DNA of 63,657 nt from NCBI GenBank assembly GCA_949289995.1, contig CASEQE010000051.1, positions 1 through 63,657 of the forward strand. Reading direction: 5' to 3'. Each line of letters starts with the position of its first letter. The stretch's first letter is position 1. A program made the translations under genes and the position numbers. This DNA comes from an uncultured Peptococcaceae bacterium (GTDB taxonomy: Bacteria; Bacillota; Dehalobacteriia; UBA4068). The notes under the pieces were generated by a model. It was not told the origin of the DNA. It searched no databases and saw only the letters and a program-made list of their open reading frames with translations. Shown here one piece after another: positions 43,201 through 53,175 of the stretch.

Positions 43201-44493
43201 TTATTTAGATGATACGTCGCGTCTTTCAATATCCATTAATACGTTTAACATCTGCCAATTTTGAGGAAATGGACGCATCAATGACCAATAACCAGCCCCT
43301 TTAAGAGAAAATTGACGCAATAAACTTAATTTAGCGTTTATACTTTGCGGATCTTCAAACCAAACTTCGTGTTCCCTGCCCTGTTGATCCCGATAGCGAA
43401 ACCAGGGCGTCGCCGCATTTTCATCATAAAAAATTGCCCGTCCATTGTTTACCGCCAATTCTACTCCTTGGGGATTGGCAATGGATTGGGCGGGATTTTG
43501 GCCTTGGCTGAAGGGCAAGGGCCAATCGTACCCATAATTGGGTATGCCCATCAATAGCTTTTCGCGAGGAATTTGTGAAATGGCAAACCACATAGCGGCG
43601 CGGACTTGGTCGATAGGCGCTACAGCTCCCGGCGGGCCATACGCATATCCCCATTCATAAGTCATGATCAACGCCGTGTCGGTCGCCTCTCCCAAGGCGG
43701 CATAATCTTGACCTTCGTATAACAACCCACTTTGGGAAGACGAAGTTTTCGGCGCCAAATCAATATTCAGCGTCTTACCCATATTCTGTAGCGCCTGCTG
43801 CAAAAGCTGGACAAAACGGACATAAGCTTCGCTATCCTCTGCCCGAATATATTCAAAATCTAAATCTACGCCGCCATAATTCTTTTCCTGAACCATTGCC
43901 AAAATTTCATCCATCAACCGCCGGCTTACCATCTGATTCTGCAATACGTCGCTAATCAATTGGCTATCGAACCCATCGTCGTTTAAAGGAGCTACCGTCA
44001 TCACCGGCATCACGCCCATAGCAAACGCATGACGCAAAAGCTGCTCATCCTCTAACGGTAGCAAATGACCATCGCTAGTAAAACGGTAAGCGAATATGCT
44101 TACCGTCGTTAAATACGGTAAGGTGGCCTGATATAAATCCATATTGATAAAGGGATACGCATAACCGTTGACACTAAGACGAAAGGATTTGGGCTGCCGA
44201 AAAGATATGGTCAATTTCTGCCCAGGTACAATAAACGGTTTACCTCCTAAAAAATAGTTATTCCTATATAGTGAAATCATATCTACCGCATATTGTTCGG
44301 CAATATGCTGTAAAGTATCCCCCTTTTGCACAATATGGGTTATTGCTGGGTATAAAATCAACAAATTCTGTCCTGGCGTTAGCCGGTCTGGTTCCGTTAA
44401 TTGATTATCTTGTATAATTTGCCATGCCGTCACCCCATACGTTGCGGCAATGCCGGACACGGTTTCTCCCGGCGCTACAATATGAATTAGCAT
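43201..44493 (-). CDS. LysM x2 + GH18 spore peptidoglycan hydrolase (YaaH/SleL-like)
   Basis: Trimmed to ATG 44491-44493 after AAGGAGG. Two LysM repeats (HIVAPGETVSGIA, HIVQKGDTLQHIA) and the GH18 catalytic GGVDLDFEY. Confidence 0.8.
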   Translation of the reverse strand: MLIHIVAPGETVSGIAATYGVTAWQIIQDNQLTEPDRLTPGQNLLILYPAITHIVQKGDTLQHIAEQYAVDMISLYRNNYFLGGKPFIVPGQKLTISFRQPKSFRLSVNGYAYPFINMDLYQATLPYLTTVSIFAYRFTSDGHLLPLEDEQLLRHAFAMGVMPVMTVAPLNDDGFDSQLISDVLQNQMVSRRLMDEILAMVQEKNYGGVDLDFEYIRAEDSEAYVRFVQLLQQALQNMGKTLNIDLAPKTSSSQSGLLYEGQDYAALGEATDTALIMTYEWGYAYGPPGAVAPIDQVRAAMWFAISQIPREKLLMGIPNYGYDWPLPFSQGQNPAQSIANPQGVELAVNNGRAIFYDENAATPWFRYRDQQGREHEVWFEDPQSINAKLSLLRQFSLKGAGYWSLMRPFPQNWQMLNVLMDIERRDVSSK

Positions 44494-44670
44494 AATATCC
44501 TCCTTCTCTCTTAGATCCGCCATGGCTTCCTTTAATACTGTATGCCCTTGGAAGGACGATATGCGAAAAAGGATTGCCAGCAAGATATGGGAAGCGTATA
44601 ATATATAGGGTTCTTTTTCCCCTTGGCATATATTCTGTCATTGAATTCATATTGCTTGATCGAGGCTCCT

Positions 44671-45777
44671 ATGCATAAAATTCGCGAGTTTTGCCGCCGG
44701 GAATCTATTCTGGTGATTACGGCGGTTTTAACCATACTATCTTTGTTTTTCGTACCGCCAGACCGGCAATATTTGGCCTATATTGATTTTCAGGTGATCG
44801 GTCTGCTGTTTTGTTTGATGGCCGTTGTAGCCGCGTTGCAGCAAGAAAATTTTTTCCGCAACATGGCATACAAATTATCGTCATATACGGATGATTGTCG
44901 TAAATTGTCCTTTATTTTAACGCTAATTTGTTTCTTTAGCGCCATGCTGATCACTAACGACGTAGCTTTATTAACCTTTGTGCCGCTTACTATAACCTTA
45001 TTTGACGATATTAAGGAAGAAAAACTGATCTTTATTATCATTATGGAAACGGCTGCAGCCAATTTGGGCAGTCTGCTGACCCCCATTGGTAATCCGCAAA
45101 ATCTATATTTATTTAGCGCCTTTCATTTTACCTTGGGACAATTTTTGGCCGTCACATTACCTTTGGGCGCCTTCTGCCTCGTTTTGATTATTCTTGTCAT
45201 GTGGCGTTTTGCCACGCCGGGCCAGGTAACGAAAAACCTGCGGCACAATCTACAATGGCAAAGATGGCGTTTATCTCTTTATGCTTGTCTCTTCATAATA
45301 TGTATTTTATCCGTATTAAACGTGCTTCCGGTATGGCTATGCGCCGTAGTGGTCACGCTGGCCATTGCCCTAGCGGATAGAAAAATTTTAGTCCATGTGG
45401 ATTACTGCCTACTGCTAACTTTTATTACCTTTTTTATCTTCGTAGGTAATTTGTCTCGCTTACCTGTAGTAAGTCAGTTTTTACAAAACGTGCTGGCGGG
45501 ACGAGAAATGCTAATTGCCGCTTTGACAAGTCAATTGATCAGTAACGTACCGGCAGTCATGTTGCTAGCGCCCTTCACCGAGGATGCCCGGCACTTATTG
45601 CTGGGAGTCAACATTGGCGGTATGGGAACGTTGGTGGCTTCGCTGGCCAGTTTGATTTCCTATAAACTATATAGCCGTCGCCGGCAAGCCAAGAACGGCA
45701 AATATCTTTTGGAATTTAGCGCGATTAATTTTTCATTTTTAGCTATTTTGCTTTTGTTTGGCTTCTATTTTCTATAA
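44671..45777 (+). CDS. ArsB/NhaD-superfamily anion permease (YbiR/CitMHS-like)
   Basis: Trimmed to ATG 44671. Polytopic; NDVALLTFVPLT and LTPIGNPQNLYL motifs. Confidence 0.75.
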   Translation: MHKIREFCRRESILVITAVLTILSLFFVPPDRQYLAYIDFQVIGLLFCLMAVVAALQQENFFRNMAYKLSSYTDDCRKLSFILTLICFFSAMLITNDVALLTFVPLTITLFDDIKEEKLIFIIIMETAAANLGSLLTPIGNPQNLYLFSAFHFTLGQFLAVTLPLGAFCLVLIILVMWRFATPGQVTKNLRHNLQWQRWRLSLYACLFIICILSVLNVLPVWLCAVVVTLAIALADRKILVHVDYCLLLTFITFFIFVGNLSRLPVVSQFLQNVLAGREMLIAALTSQLISNVPAVMLLAPFTEDARHLLLGVNIGGMGTLVASLASLISYKLYSRRRQAKNGKYLLEFSAINFSFLAILLLFGFYFL

Positions 45778-46017
45778 GCGTTCCGACGTTTTCCCTATTC
45801 CTACAACTTTTCTATTTGCCTGCCTGGTATGGAACATGCATAAAAGAAACATATATCGCCAAATATGCGATCAGCAAATTTCTTGCCGCCAAAATGACGG
45901 CTGCAATATCGAACGCAGGGGGCAGGAAATCGCCGATATCATTCTATACACTTTTCATCCCCCACTAAAACGGTATCGACTTTCCCCGATACCAATGCAA
46001 AAAGCATCGTTTTTCTT

Positions 46018-46035
46018 CCCAGCATATGCTGGGAG
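46018..46035. repeat. 18-bp perfect palindrome TCCCAGCATATGCTGGGA
   Basis: Read directly. Lies in the 360-nt spacer between convergent genes. Confidence 0.9.
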
Positions 46036-46085
46036 AATAAACTTCTATCGACTATCTGTCACATACCCAACGCCCTATGCTGCAC

Positions 46086-46121
46086 TAAAAAAACCGGTTC
46101 GGGAAAAATTCCCGAACCGGT
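46086..46121 (-). terminator. Intrinsic terminator after the amidohydrolase gene
   Basis: ACCGGTTCGGG (46093-46103) / CCCGAACCGGT (46111-46121). On the minus strand it is followed by TTTTTTT. Confidence 0.85.
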
Positions 46122-46137
46122 GGCGGCATAGGCCGTT

Positions 46138-47538
46138 TTATTTTGCTCTTTGGGGACGGGCAAATTGGCCGTAGCCTTTTTTGCTCATATCCACAACGCC
46201 GTTTTCCATAACCACGGTACCACGTACAACGGTATATTTGGGTTTGCCTTTTACTTTCGTACCATCAAATAATTTGTTAATTGCTTTAGATTTAGAATAC
46301 ATTTTCTCAATTGAGGTAACATATTCTTCATTCATATCGATGATAGCAAAATCGGCATCCGAACCAACGGCAATGCAACCTTTTTGCGGATACAGATGGA
46401 ACAATCTCGCCGTATTTTCAGAAATATAGCGAGCCAATTGCGCCAACGTAATACGTCCCGAATTCACATGGGTAAGCATAATCGGCAGCAACATTTCAAT
46501 GGCAGGCATACCTGAATAAGCTTTCCAAATGCCTTGCGTAAGGCCTATGGATTTTTCTTCCGGCGTAAAGGGCGCGTGATCCGAACCTACCATGGTGATG
46601 GTGCCATCTAACAGATAATCCCACAGTTTTTCTTTATCGGCAGCAGAACGCAGAGGCGGATTGCATTTGGCATAAGGGCCGAATTTGTCGATATGGCTGT
46701 GATCATAGGTGAGATAATGGAAGCAAGTTTCCGCGACGATATCCACACCATCCATTTTCGCTTCTTTCACCAGCTGACAGGCTTCCGGCACGGAAATATG
46801 TACGACGCCGACTTTGCAGCCGGTAGCTTTGGCGAAATGGATAATCGTAGATACGCTTTCCGTTTCCGCTACTTCCGCACGAGAGAGATAATGGAAATTG
46901 TTGCCATTAATACCCTTCTCATGTAAATCGGCTTCAATAGCAGATATCAGTTTAGCATTTTCGCAATGGAAAAAGTATCTGCCATCCGTAGAAGCGGCAG
47001 CTTGCATCATGATATAGAGCTGACCGTCATCGTTAACGGTAAGGCCGTCGAATTCTTTTTCTCTACCGGCAGGCGCAGGATGAAGGAAGGTTTTAAACGC
47101 AATAGCTCCTTCGTCCAAAATATCCTGCAGCAAATGACGATTGTCATAACCGGCGGCGCCAAACATCGCAAAATCGACGATAGAGCGTTCTTCCGCCAGA
47201 CGAATCCGATTGCGCAAATTCTCTACATTACAGGGGGGCGGAATAGCCAAAGGCATTTCGCAGAAAGTGGTAACACAACCGGCGGCGGCGGCGGAAGATC
47301 CGGTATAGAAATCTTCCCGATCCGGACGGCTGGGATCACGAAAATGCACGTGGGAATCGACGACACCGGGCAGAACTTCCAAACCGGTGGCATCGATTAC
47401 GCGCTCGGCCTGATCATAATCTGCAGTACCAGCCGCAACGATACCGACGATTTTACCGCCGGCAGCCAAAATATCGCCATAGAAGAAGTCGCCGTTGGCA
47501 AAGAAATGGGCGTTCTTAATGATGAGCTGATATTTCAT
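46138..47538 (-). CDS. Cyclic amidohydrolase (allantoinase/dihydroorotase/hydantoinase family)
   Basis: Trimmed to ATG 47536-47538 after AAGGAGG. VDSHVHFRDP metal-binding motif, GSDHAP. Confidence 0.8.
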   Translation of the reverse strand: MKYQLIIKNAHFFANGDFFYGDILAAGGKIVGIVAAGTADYDQAERVIDATGLEVLPGVVDSHVHFRDPSRPDREDFYTGSSAAAAGCVTTFCEMPLAIPPPCNVENLRNRIRLAEERSIVDFAMFGAAGYDNRHLLQDILDEGAIAFKTFLHPAPAGREKEFDGLTVNDDGQLYIMMQAAASTDGRYFFHCENAKLISAIEADLHEKGINGNNFHYLSRAEVAETESVSTIIHFAKATGCKVGVVHISVPEACQLVKEAKMDGVDIVAETCFHYLTYDHSHIDKFGPYAKCNPPLRSAADKEKLWDYLLDGTITMVGSDHAPFTPEEKSIGLTQGIWKAYSGMPAIEMLLPIMLTHVNSGRITLAQLARYISENTARLFHLYPQKGCIAVGSDADFAIIDMNEEYVTSIEKMYSKSKAINKLFDGTKVKGKPKYTVVRGTVVMENGVVDMSKKGYGQFARPQRAK

Positions 47539-47599
47539 GATATTCCTCCTTATTGTATTTGGCAAATTTATCGATGGTTTGCCTCCATCTATACTTTAA

Positions 47600-47628
47600 A
47601 TTTTATCACTGTCACCATTAAAAATCAA
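47600..47628 (-). promoter_or_regulatory. Candidate promoter TTGATT-N17-TAAAAT (with TGn) for the amidohydrolase gene
   Basis: Minus-strand TTGATT is plus 47623-47628. TGaTAAAAT has its hexamer at plus 47600-47605. Confidence 0.5.
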
Positions 47629-47755
47629 TCAATAGGCAGTATAAAATTCATTTCCTCTGTCAATAATTAGAATATGATTAACAGCTTGGCCCATGCGGCG
47701 CAAGGTTACGGCATAACGCCTTTCGCCATATTTGGCCACAATGGGAAGTGATCCT

Positions 47756-48100
47756 ATGGTAATGCGAGGAGAAATTTATTTTGCGGAACTAAACCCTGTA
47801 CTGGGTTCCGAACAAGGCGGTACCAGACCGGTACTAATCGTCCAAAACGATATAGGCAACGCCTATAGCCCTACCACCATCGTTATGCCGATTACATCAA
47901 AAACCGACAAAGCCAAATTACCTACTCATGTAGAATTAAGCCGCCGGGAAAGCGGCTTATCCCGGGATTCGGTATTATTGGCGGAACAAATCCGCACCAT
48001 CGACAAAAGCCGTTTGAAACAGCGGGTTGCGGTTTTGGACAAAAACGCTATGCATAAAATAAGCGAAGCTATGGCGGTAAGCATTGGGCTTACCCTCTAG
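47756..48100 (+). CDS. mazF: MazF/EndoA (PemK-family) mRNA interferase toxin
   Basis: MVMRGEIYFAELNPVLGSEQGGTRPVLIVQNDIGNAYSPTTIV...KLPTHVEL...DSVLLAEQIRTIDKSRL is nearly collinear with the remembered B. subtilis EndoA. Confidence 0.9.
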   Translation: MVMRGEIYFAELNPVLGSEQGGTRPVLIVQNDIGNAYSPTTIVMPITSKTDKAKLPTHVELSRRESGLSRDSVLLAEQIRTIDKSRLKQRVAVLDKNAMHKISEAMAVSIGLTL

Positions 48101-48169
48101 CTATAGCGCTCCACATGGGCCGGCATATCCCGGCCTGGTACATATCTGTCTGCGCCCATACGAAGCAAT

Positions 48170-48197
48170 CGAGCCGGCAATCTTAAACGCCGGCTCG
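48170..48197. repeat. 9-bp stem hairpin between convergent mazF and dut (no U-tract)
   Basis: CGAGCCGGC (48170-48178) / GCCGGCTCG (48189-48197). Confidence 0.7.
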
Positions 48198-48260
48198 TCA
48201 AAGAAGCCTAATCCTGTTCTCCGTTTCGGCAAACAAGCGGCAAGCACTGCCATAAACATT

Positions 48261-48704
48261 TTATACGCCGCTATGGCCAAAACCGCCGGTGCCTCTTTCG
48301 CTAGCGCTTAAAACAGCTTCTATCAAATCCCCTTGCATGATTGGAGCGACAACCAATTGGGCGATTCGCATACCGCGGCTAATATCTACGGCTTCATGGC
48401 CTAAATTAATCAAAATAACTTGAATTTCCCCACGATAATCTGCATCTATTGTTCCGGGGCTGTTCAAAACCGTTATTCCATGGCGCAAGGCCAAACCGCT
48501 GCGGGGACGAACCTGTCCCTCATAACCAGGCGGGATTTCCAATGACAGGCCGGTAGGAATCAAAGCCCTTTCTCCCGGAGCCAAAGTCAACGTCTGGGAT
48601 ACGGCGGCCGGTAAATCGAATCCTGCTGCCTGTTGCGACTGATATTTTGGCAAAGGCAAGCCTTGTCCATGAGACAAAATCTGATATTTTACCACAACTT
48701 TCAT
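48261..48704 (-). CDS. dut: dUTP diphosphatase
   Basis: Trimmed to ATG 48702-48704, 8 nt after [17 protein letters not shown] and [10 protein letters not shown] motifs. Confidence 0.95.
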   Translation of the reverse strand: MKVVVKYQILSHGQGLPLPKYQSQQAAGFDLPAAVSQTLTLAPGERALIPTGLSLEIPPGYEGQVRPRSGLALRHGITVLNSPGTIDADYRGEIQVILINLGHEAVDISRGMRIAQLVVAPIMQGDLIEAVLSASERGTGGFGHSGV

Positions 48705-48717
48705 CCGCAAAACTCCT

Positions 48718-49974
48718 TTAGAACAACGTTTTCACATCCATAGAACAATTTTCTGGGCCAACAATGGCCAAAAACATATTACCAGGCCGCAACAATCTGC
48801 GGCATACCCTCTGAATATCCTGAGAAGTTACCGCCATTAACTTCTCTGCCGTTTCCTCTGCGGTTACCACGCGCCCTAAATTCAATTGTGTCCGCGCCAA
48901 ACGATTCATCACATTGCTGGTGCTTTCCATACTTAGGAACAAATTTCCTTTGATCTGGGTAATGCTGCGATTGGTTTCTTCTTCGTTGAGACCATTTTGT
49001 GCAACTATGGCGATTTGTTCCGCCATAACTTCAATTAATTGCCGCACGTTGGCGGGACGAGTGGAGGCATAAGCAATGATATTACCGCCATATTTATAAC
49101 TATCCGCGAAAGCATACGCAGAATAGGAAAGCCCCCGTTTTTCTCGTACTTCCTGGAATAAACGGGAACTGGCGCCGCCACCCAAGGCGTTGACAAGTAC
49201 ACGCAGCGGATAATAATCCCCATCGTCCAAAGACACGCCCGGCAAGCCGAGACATACATGAGTTTGCTCAATATCTTTATGCGTATAAACGGCGCAGGCA
49301 TCGGCCAGACGGGTAGGCGGACACATGGGAGAATCGCCTTTTTCTTGCGCGGCAGCAGCAAAATATCGGCGAATCGTCTCTTCCGCCTGCGGCGTTTCAA
49401 TATTACCGGCTACGGCTACCACCGTGGCGGTGGGAACATAGCGATGGCGATAATATGCAGTCAATTGTTCACAGGTAAGCGCCTGAACGCTTTGCACCGT
49501 GCCGGCAATCGGCCTACCGTATGGATGTTGAGGCCACATGGCGGAGGATAACAAGTCCACCACCGTATCGTCGGGACTATCTTCATACATATTGATTTCT
49601 TCGATAATTACGTTCTTTTCCCGATCAAATTCCTGGGCTGCCAATAGTGAATTGTGGTACATATCCGCCAACAATTCCACGGCCTGGGAAAAATGCTCGT
49701 CCAAGGACTTAGCATAATAACAAGTGTATTCTCTGGCGGTGAAGGCGTTTAACACGCCTCCCACCCGTTCCATAGAAGAAGCAATTTCTAAAGCGGTACG
49801 GGTCGCGGTACCTTTAAATAACATATGCTCCAAAAAATGGGATACGCCGGCCAGTTCCACCGGTTCCCCTGCGGATCCGGCCGCAGCCCAAACGCCTACG
49901 GATACGGAACGCATATGGGGCATCGGCTGCACCAGCAGGGTAACGCCGTTTTCCAATTGAATTAACCGCCACAT
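48718..49974 (-). CDS. M16-family (pitrilysin-like) zinc peptidase
   Basis: Trimmed to ATG 49972-49974, 6 nt after [16 protein letters not shown] inverted zinc motif. Confidence 0.85.
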   Translation of the reverse strand: MWRLIQLENGVTLLVQPMPHMRSVSVGVWAAAGSAGEPVELAGVSHFLEHMLFKGTATRTALEIASSMERVGGVLNAFTAREYTCYYAKSLDEHFSQAVELLADMYHNSLLAAQEFDREKNVIIEEINMYEDSPDDTVVDLLSSAMWPQHPYGRPIAGTVQSVQALTCEQLTAYYRHRYVPTATVVAVAGNIETPQAEETIRRYFAAAAQEKGDSPMCPPTRLADACAVYTHKDIEQTHVCLGLPGVSLDDGDYYPLRVLVNALGGGASSRLFQEVREKRGLSYSAYAFADSYKYGGNIIAYASTRPANVRQLIEVMAEQIAIVAQNGLNEEETNRSITQIKGNLFLSMESTSNVMNRLARTQLNLGRVVTAEETAEKLMAVTSQDIQRVCRRLLRPGNMFLAIVGPENCSMDVKTLF

Positions 49975-50067
49975 AATCATACCTCTATTTCTAAAAAATA
50001 AACCGCCCGTCCCCGGTTTCCGCGCCATATTCTTGCGGACTTGGTTAGGCGGCTTTCGTATGTACGT

Positions 50068-50970
50068 TTATGCCTGGCCCAAAACGTCCAGCACATAATT
50101 TGGCAAAGCAAAGCTAGCTCGGTGAATATCCGCATTGTAGTATTTGGTTTTCAACCCCAAGCGGCGCCATTGATCCGCATGATGATCCTGCAAAGGATCC
50201 AAACCTTTGGAGGCAAAACCAAAATACCAATAGCCGGAAGCATAAGTTGGCATATTAAAACCATATAATTTCGATACGGGAAAAATTGCGCTTACTTTTT
50301 TATGCGCTCTTTGCATTTCCCATATGTCCTGCGGATAAAAAGCCCCTTCCTGCTGATTGATCATAATACCTTTCGGGCTTAAAATACGATAACAATCCTG
50401 ATAAAAAGCAGCGGTAAATAGACCCTCGCCTGGACCTACCGGATCGGTGCTATCTACCAGCAACAAGTCGTAAGCGCCGTCCGCTGCTTTAGCTACAAAA
50501 TCCACGCCATCGCCAATGGTCAACGTTAATCGCGGTTCTCGATCAAAAACCGCTGCCGTTTGTGGTAAAAAGCGACGGCACAAGCGAATCACCGCCTCGT
50601 CTATTTCTACCATATCGATTTTTTCGATACCTGGATAACGGGATACTTCTCGAGCCGTACCTCCGTCGCCGCCGCCAATAATCAATACCCGACGGATATC
50701 AGGGTTTACCGCCATAGCGGGATGGACGATCATATCATGGTAAATAAACTCGTCTTTTGAGGTTACTTGCACATAACCGTTAAGCGTAAAAAAGATACCA
50801 AAGGTAGGATTGCGATAGAAGTCGATCTGCTGATACGGGGAGCGTTCTTGCGCCACAGGCTGGCATTGCAAAGCAAAACGCACATCAGGGGCATAATATT
50901 CCCCAAACCATAAATCGCCGGCGGGGATGGATGAAGCGCCGTATTGCGCATGCTCGTCAATTACATTCAT
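50068..50970 (-). CDS. speE: Spermidine synthase (polyamine aminopropyltransferase)
   Basis: VLIIGGGDGGTAREV and DSTDPVGPGEGLF motifs. Confidence 0.9.
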   Translation of the reverse strand: MNVIDEHAQYGASSIPAGDLWFGEYYAPDVRFALQCQPVAQERSPYQQIDFYRNPTFGIFFTLNGYVQVTSKDEFIYHDMIVHPAMAVNPDIRRVLIIGGGDGGTAREVSRYPGIEKIDMVEIDEAVIRLCRRFLPQTAAVFDREPRLTLTIGDGVDFVAKAADGAYDLLLVDSTDPVGPGEGLFTAAFYQDCYRILSPKGIMINQQEGAFYPQDIWEMQRAHKKVSAIFPVSKLYGFNMPTYASGYWYFGFASKGLDPLQDHHADQWRRLGLKTKYYNADIHRASFALPNYVLDVLGQA

Positions 50971-50981
50971 ATTCTTTCTCC

Positions 50982-51824
50982 TTATATCTCTTGGAAGCCC
51001 ATATTGCGTCCATAAAAAATTTCGTCCCGTTCTTTATTCAATTTTGCAGTAATCAATTTCACTTCTTCTTCGCTAATATCAGATTTACTAAAGTGGAATA
51101 GGTATTCGTCCAAATCGGCCTCTTTCAATTTGCATTTTGTATGAAAAATATGCTCTTGATAGACGTTGACGTCTATCATTTGATATCGGTCGATAATATC
51201 GTCATCTATATAATCCTGTATGGACACCAGGTCGTGATCGATAAATAGTTTCTTTCCACGAATATCCCGGGTAAAGCCACGCACCCGATAATCCATGGTG
51301 AAGATATCGGCGTTAAATTTGTTGACCAAATAGTTCAACGCATTTAAAGGGGAAATTTCGCCGCAGGTAGAAACGTCTATATCCGCTCGAAACGTACAAA
51401 CGCCGCCATCGGGATGATATTCCGGATACGTATGAACGGTTAAATGGCTTTTATCCAAATGTGCCAATATCATTTGATCCGTTGAACCATTACGCACTGG
51501 TGAAGAATGCATCGGTACGGGCCCGTCTCCTTCGCAAATCAAAATGGTCACAGAAGCGCCTTGCGGTTCGTAATCTTGAACCGAAATATTTAACACATGG
51601 GCGCCGATAATACGCGTAACTTCACGCAAAATCCCCGTTAACCGTTGCGCATTATATTGTTCGTCAATATATTCCAAATAGGCTTGCCGGTCTTCCACAG
51701 TTTTTGTGTAACAAATATCATACATGTTAAAACTTAAGGTTTTGGTTAAATTATTAAAACCGTATAATTTAATTTTTTCCCTTTGTGTTCTTGCAAGCAA
51801 TTCTCTACCCCCCAATTTCACCAA
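50982..51824 (-). CDS. speD: S-adenosylmethionine decarboxylase proenzyme, E. coli type
   Basis: [49 protein letters not shown] and [13 protein letters not shown] are collinear with the remembered E. coli SpeD. There is no in-frame ATG near the N-terminus, so the start must be a TTG or GTG between 51800 and 51824. Confidence 0.85.
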   Translation of the reverse strand: MVKLGGRELLARTQREKIKLYGFNNLTKTLSFNMYDICYTKTVEDRQAYLEYIDEQYNAQRLTGILREVTRIIGAHVLNISVQDYEPQGASVTILICEGDGPVPMHSSPVRNGSTDQMILAHLDKSHLTVHTYPEYHPDGGVCTFRADIDVSTCGEISPLNALNYLVNKFNADIFTMDYRVRGFTRDIRGKKLFIDHDLVSIQDYIDDDIIDRYQMIDVNVYQEHIFHTKCKLKEADLDEYLFHFSKSDISEEEVKLITAKLNKERDEIFYGRNMGFQEI

Positions 51825-51877
51825 TCCAGCCGCCGCTTCAGGCTGCGTCTGGAAAAAGCTTCCCCATAATAAAAGGC

Positions 51878-53173
51878 TTATAAATCCCGACCCATTAACC
51901 GGTCGAACATAATCGATGCGGCGCTACGCACGGAAAGATGATTGTAAACGCCGGCGCCATACAAAGGGCGCAATCGATAGTCGGCCCTTTCCATCAGAGA
52001 ATCGGTTAGGCCAAAACCGGTGCCCAAAAGCAAAACATAACTACCGCCCTTTTGCTGCATCAACTTGCGCATTTCTTCGTAGCCAATATTATCGGGCCAA
52101 GCTTTCGCCGAAGTTGCGATCAAAGCCGGCGGAACGCCATCCGCCGCCTCAATATCCGCCATAACCGCCGCCAAATCGGCAAACAATTTGACCGACGCCA
52201 GGGCCTGTCCCCGATCCGGATTATATCGGGAGCCAAATCCGGTTTGCCAATATTGCAACAAATCGCCAATTAAACGGCGCTGTCGTTCCATAGGCTGAAT
52301 CACATAATAGCCAGATAGTCCATAAGTGCAAGCCGCTCTCGCAATATCGTGCAAATCTAAATTGGTTAAACTGGTATTAATAATCTGCTTCTTTTTATTA
52401 TATACCGGATAATGCAACAAAGCCGCGTATAAACGAAACGGCTGTTCTTCTCGTTGCCGCAAATCGTGCAAATAGGCCGCATCCTCTGGAGTTAGCGCTG
52501 CCTTTTTTAACAAGTCCGGCCGATTGCGCCAAGTCAGCTCCAAAGACTGCCGCCTTCGCCATAAAGCAATACGGGCATGATCTCCGCTTTGCAGCACTTG
52601 AGGTACGCACATGCCCAGGTATTCTGCGGGGCGGGTATATTGGGGATATTCTAATAATCCGTCGCTAAAGCTTTCCTCCGCTGCTGAGCGGTCATCGCCT
52701 AGAGCGCCAGGCAAAAGGCGACTTACGCTATCGGCAATAGCAATAGCCGCGGTTTCGCCACCAGTCAGCACAAAATCGCCCAAGGAAACCAATTGGCAAT
52801 CCAAAGCGTCTATCACTCGCTGGTCGATCCCCTCATAATGCCCGCAAATCACGATTAATTGACTTTCCTTGGACAATTCCTCAGCAAAACTTTGATCATA
52901 TACCCGTCCAGCAGGAGACGTCACCAAAATACGCGGTTTTTCCACCCGCCGTACCGCCGCCGCCGCTGCCAACAACGGTTCCGGCTTCATCACCATACCA
53001 GCGCCGCCGCCATACAAGCGGTCATCGGTAAGATGATGTTTATCCAAAGCATAATCCCGAATATTAGTTAAACGAATATCAACGATTCCTTTATTCTGCG
53101 CCCGCTGCAAAATACTGGTTTGCAAAGGTGCAAACATTTCCGGAAACAACGTCAAAATATCAATATAGAGCAT
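51878..53173 (-). CDS. trmD: tRNA (guanine37-N1)-methyltransferase fused to a C-terminal ~180-aa SPOUT-like domain (Methyltrn_RNA_4-like)
   Basis: Residues 1 to ~245 are TrmD ([39 protein letters not shown]). The frame then runs without a stop through [37 protein letters not shown]...LLLGTGFGL...[15 protein letters not shown]. Confidence 0.8.
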   Translation of the reverse strand: MLYIDILTLFPEMFAPLQTSILQRAQNKGIVDIRLTNIRDYALDKHHLTDDRLYGGGAGMVMKPEPLLAAAAAVRRVEKPRILVTSPAGRVYDQSFAEELSKESQLIVICGHYEGIDQRVIDALDCQLVSLGDFVLTGGETAAIAIADSVSRLLPGALGDDRSAAEESFSDGLLEYPQYTRPAEYLGMCVPQVLQSGDHARIALWRRRQSLELTWRNRPDLLKKAALTPEDAAYLHDLRQREEQPFRLYAALLHYPVYNKKKQIINTSLTNLDLHDIARAACTYGLSGYYVIQPMERQRRLIGDLLQYWQTGFGSRYNPDRGQALASVKLFADLAAVMADIEAADGVPPALIATSAKAWPDNIGYEEMRKLMQQKGGSYVLLLGTGFGLTDSLMERADYRLRPLYGAGVYNHLSVRSAASIMFDRLMGRDL

Positions 53174-53175
53174 GA

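Noticed and set aside
46966-47670. 234-aa plus-strand ORF, the longest unassigned ORF in the track
   Set aside because: It is entirely antisense to the well-supported amidohydrolase gene. It has low-complexity G/R-rich stretches and no SD. Typical shadow ORF.
47674-47751. 25-codon ORF as a MazE-type antitoxin
   Set aside because: It has no SD, no resemblance to RHH or AbrB antitoxin folds, and is far shorter than known MazE/EndoAI. It is kept only as a hypothesis inside the orphan-mazF finding.
48084-48311. 75-aa ORF downstream of mazF as a possible downstream antitoxin
   Set aside because: It overlaps the mazF 3' end and runs antisense into dut. It spans the inter-gene hairpin and has no SD or recognisable fold.
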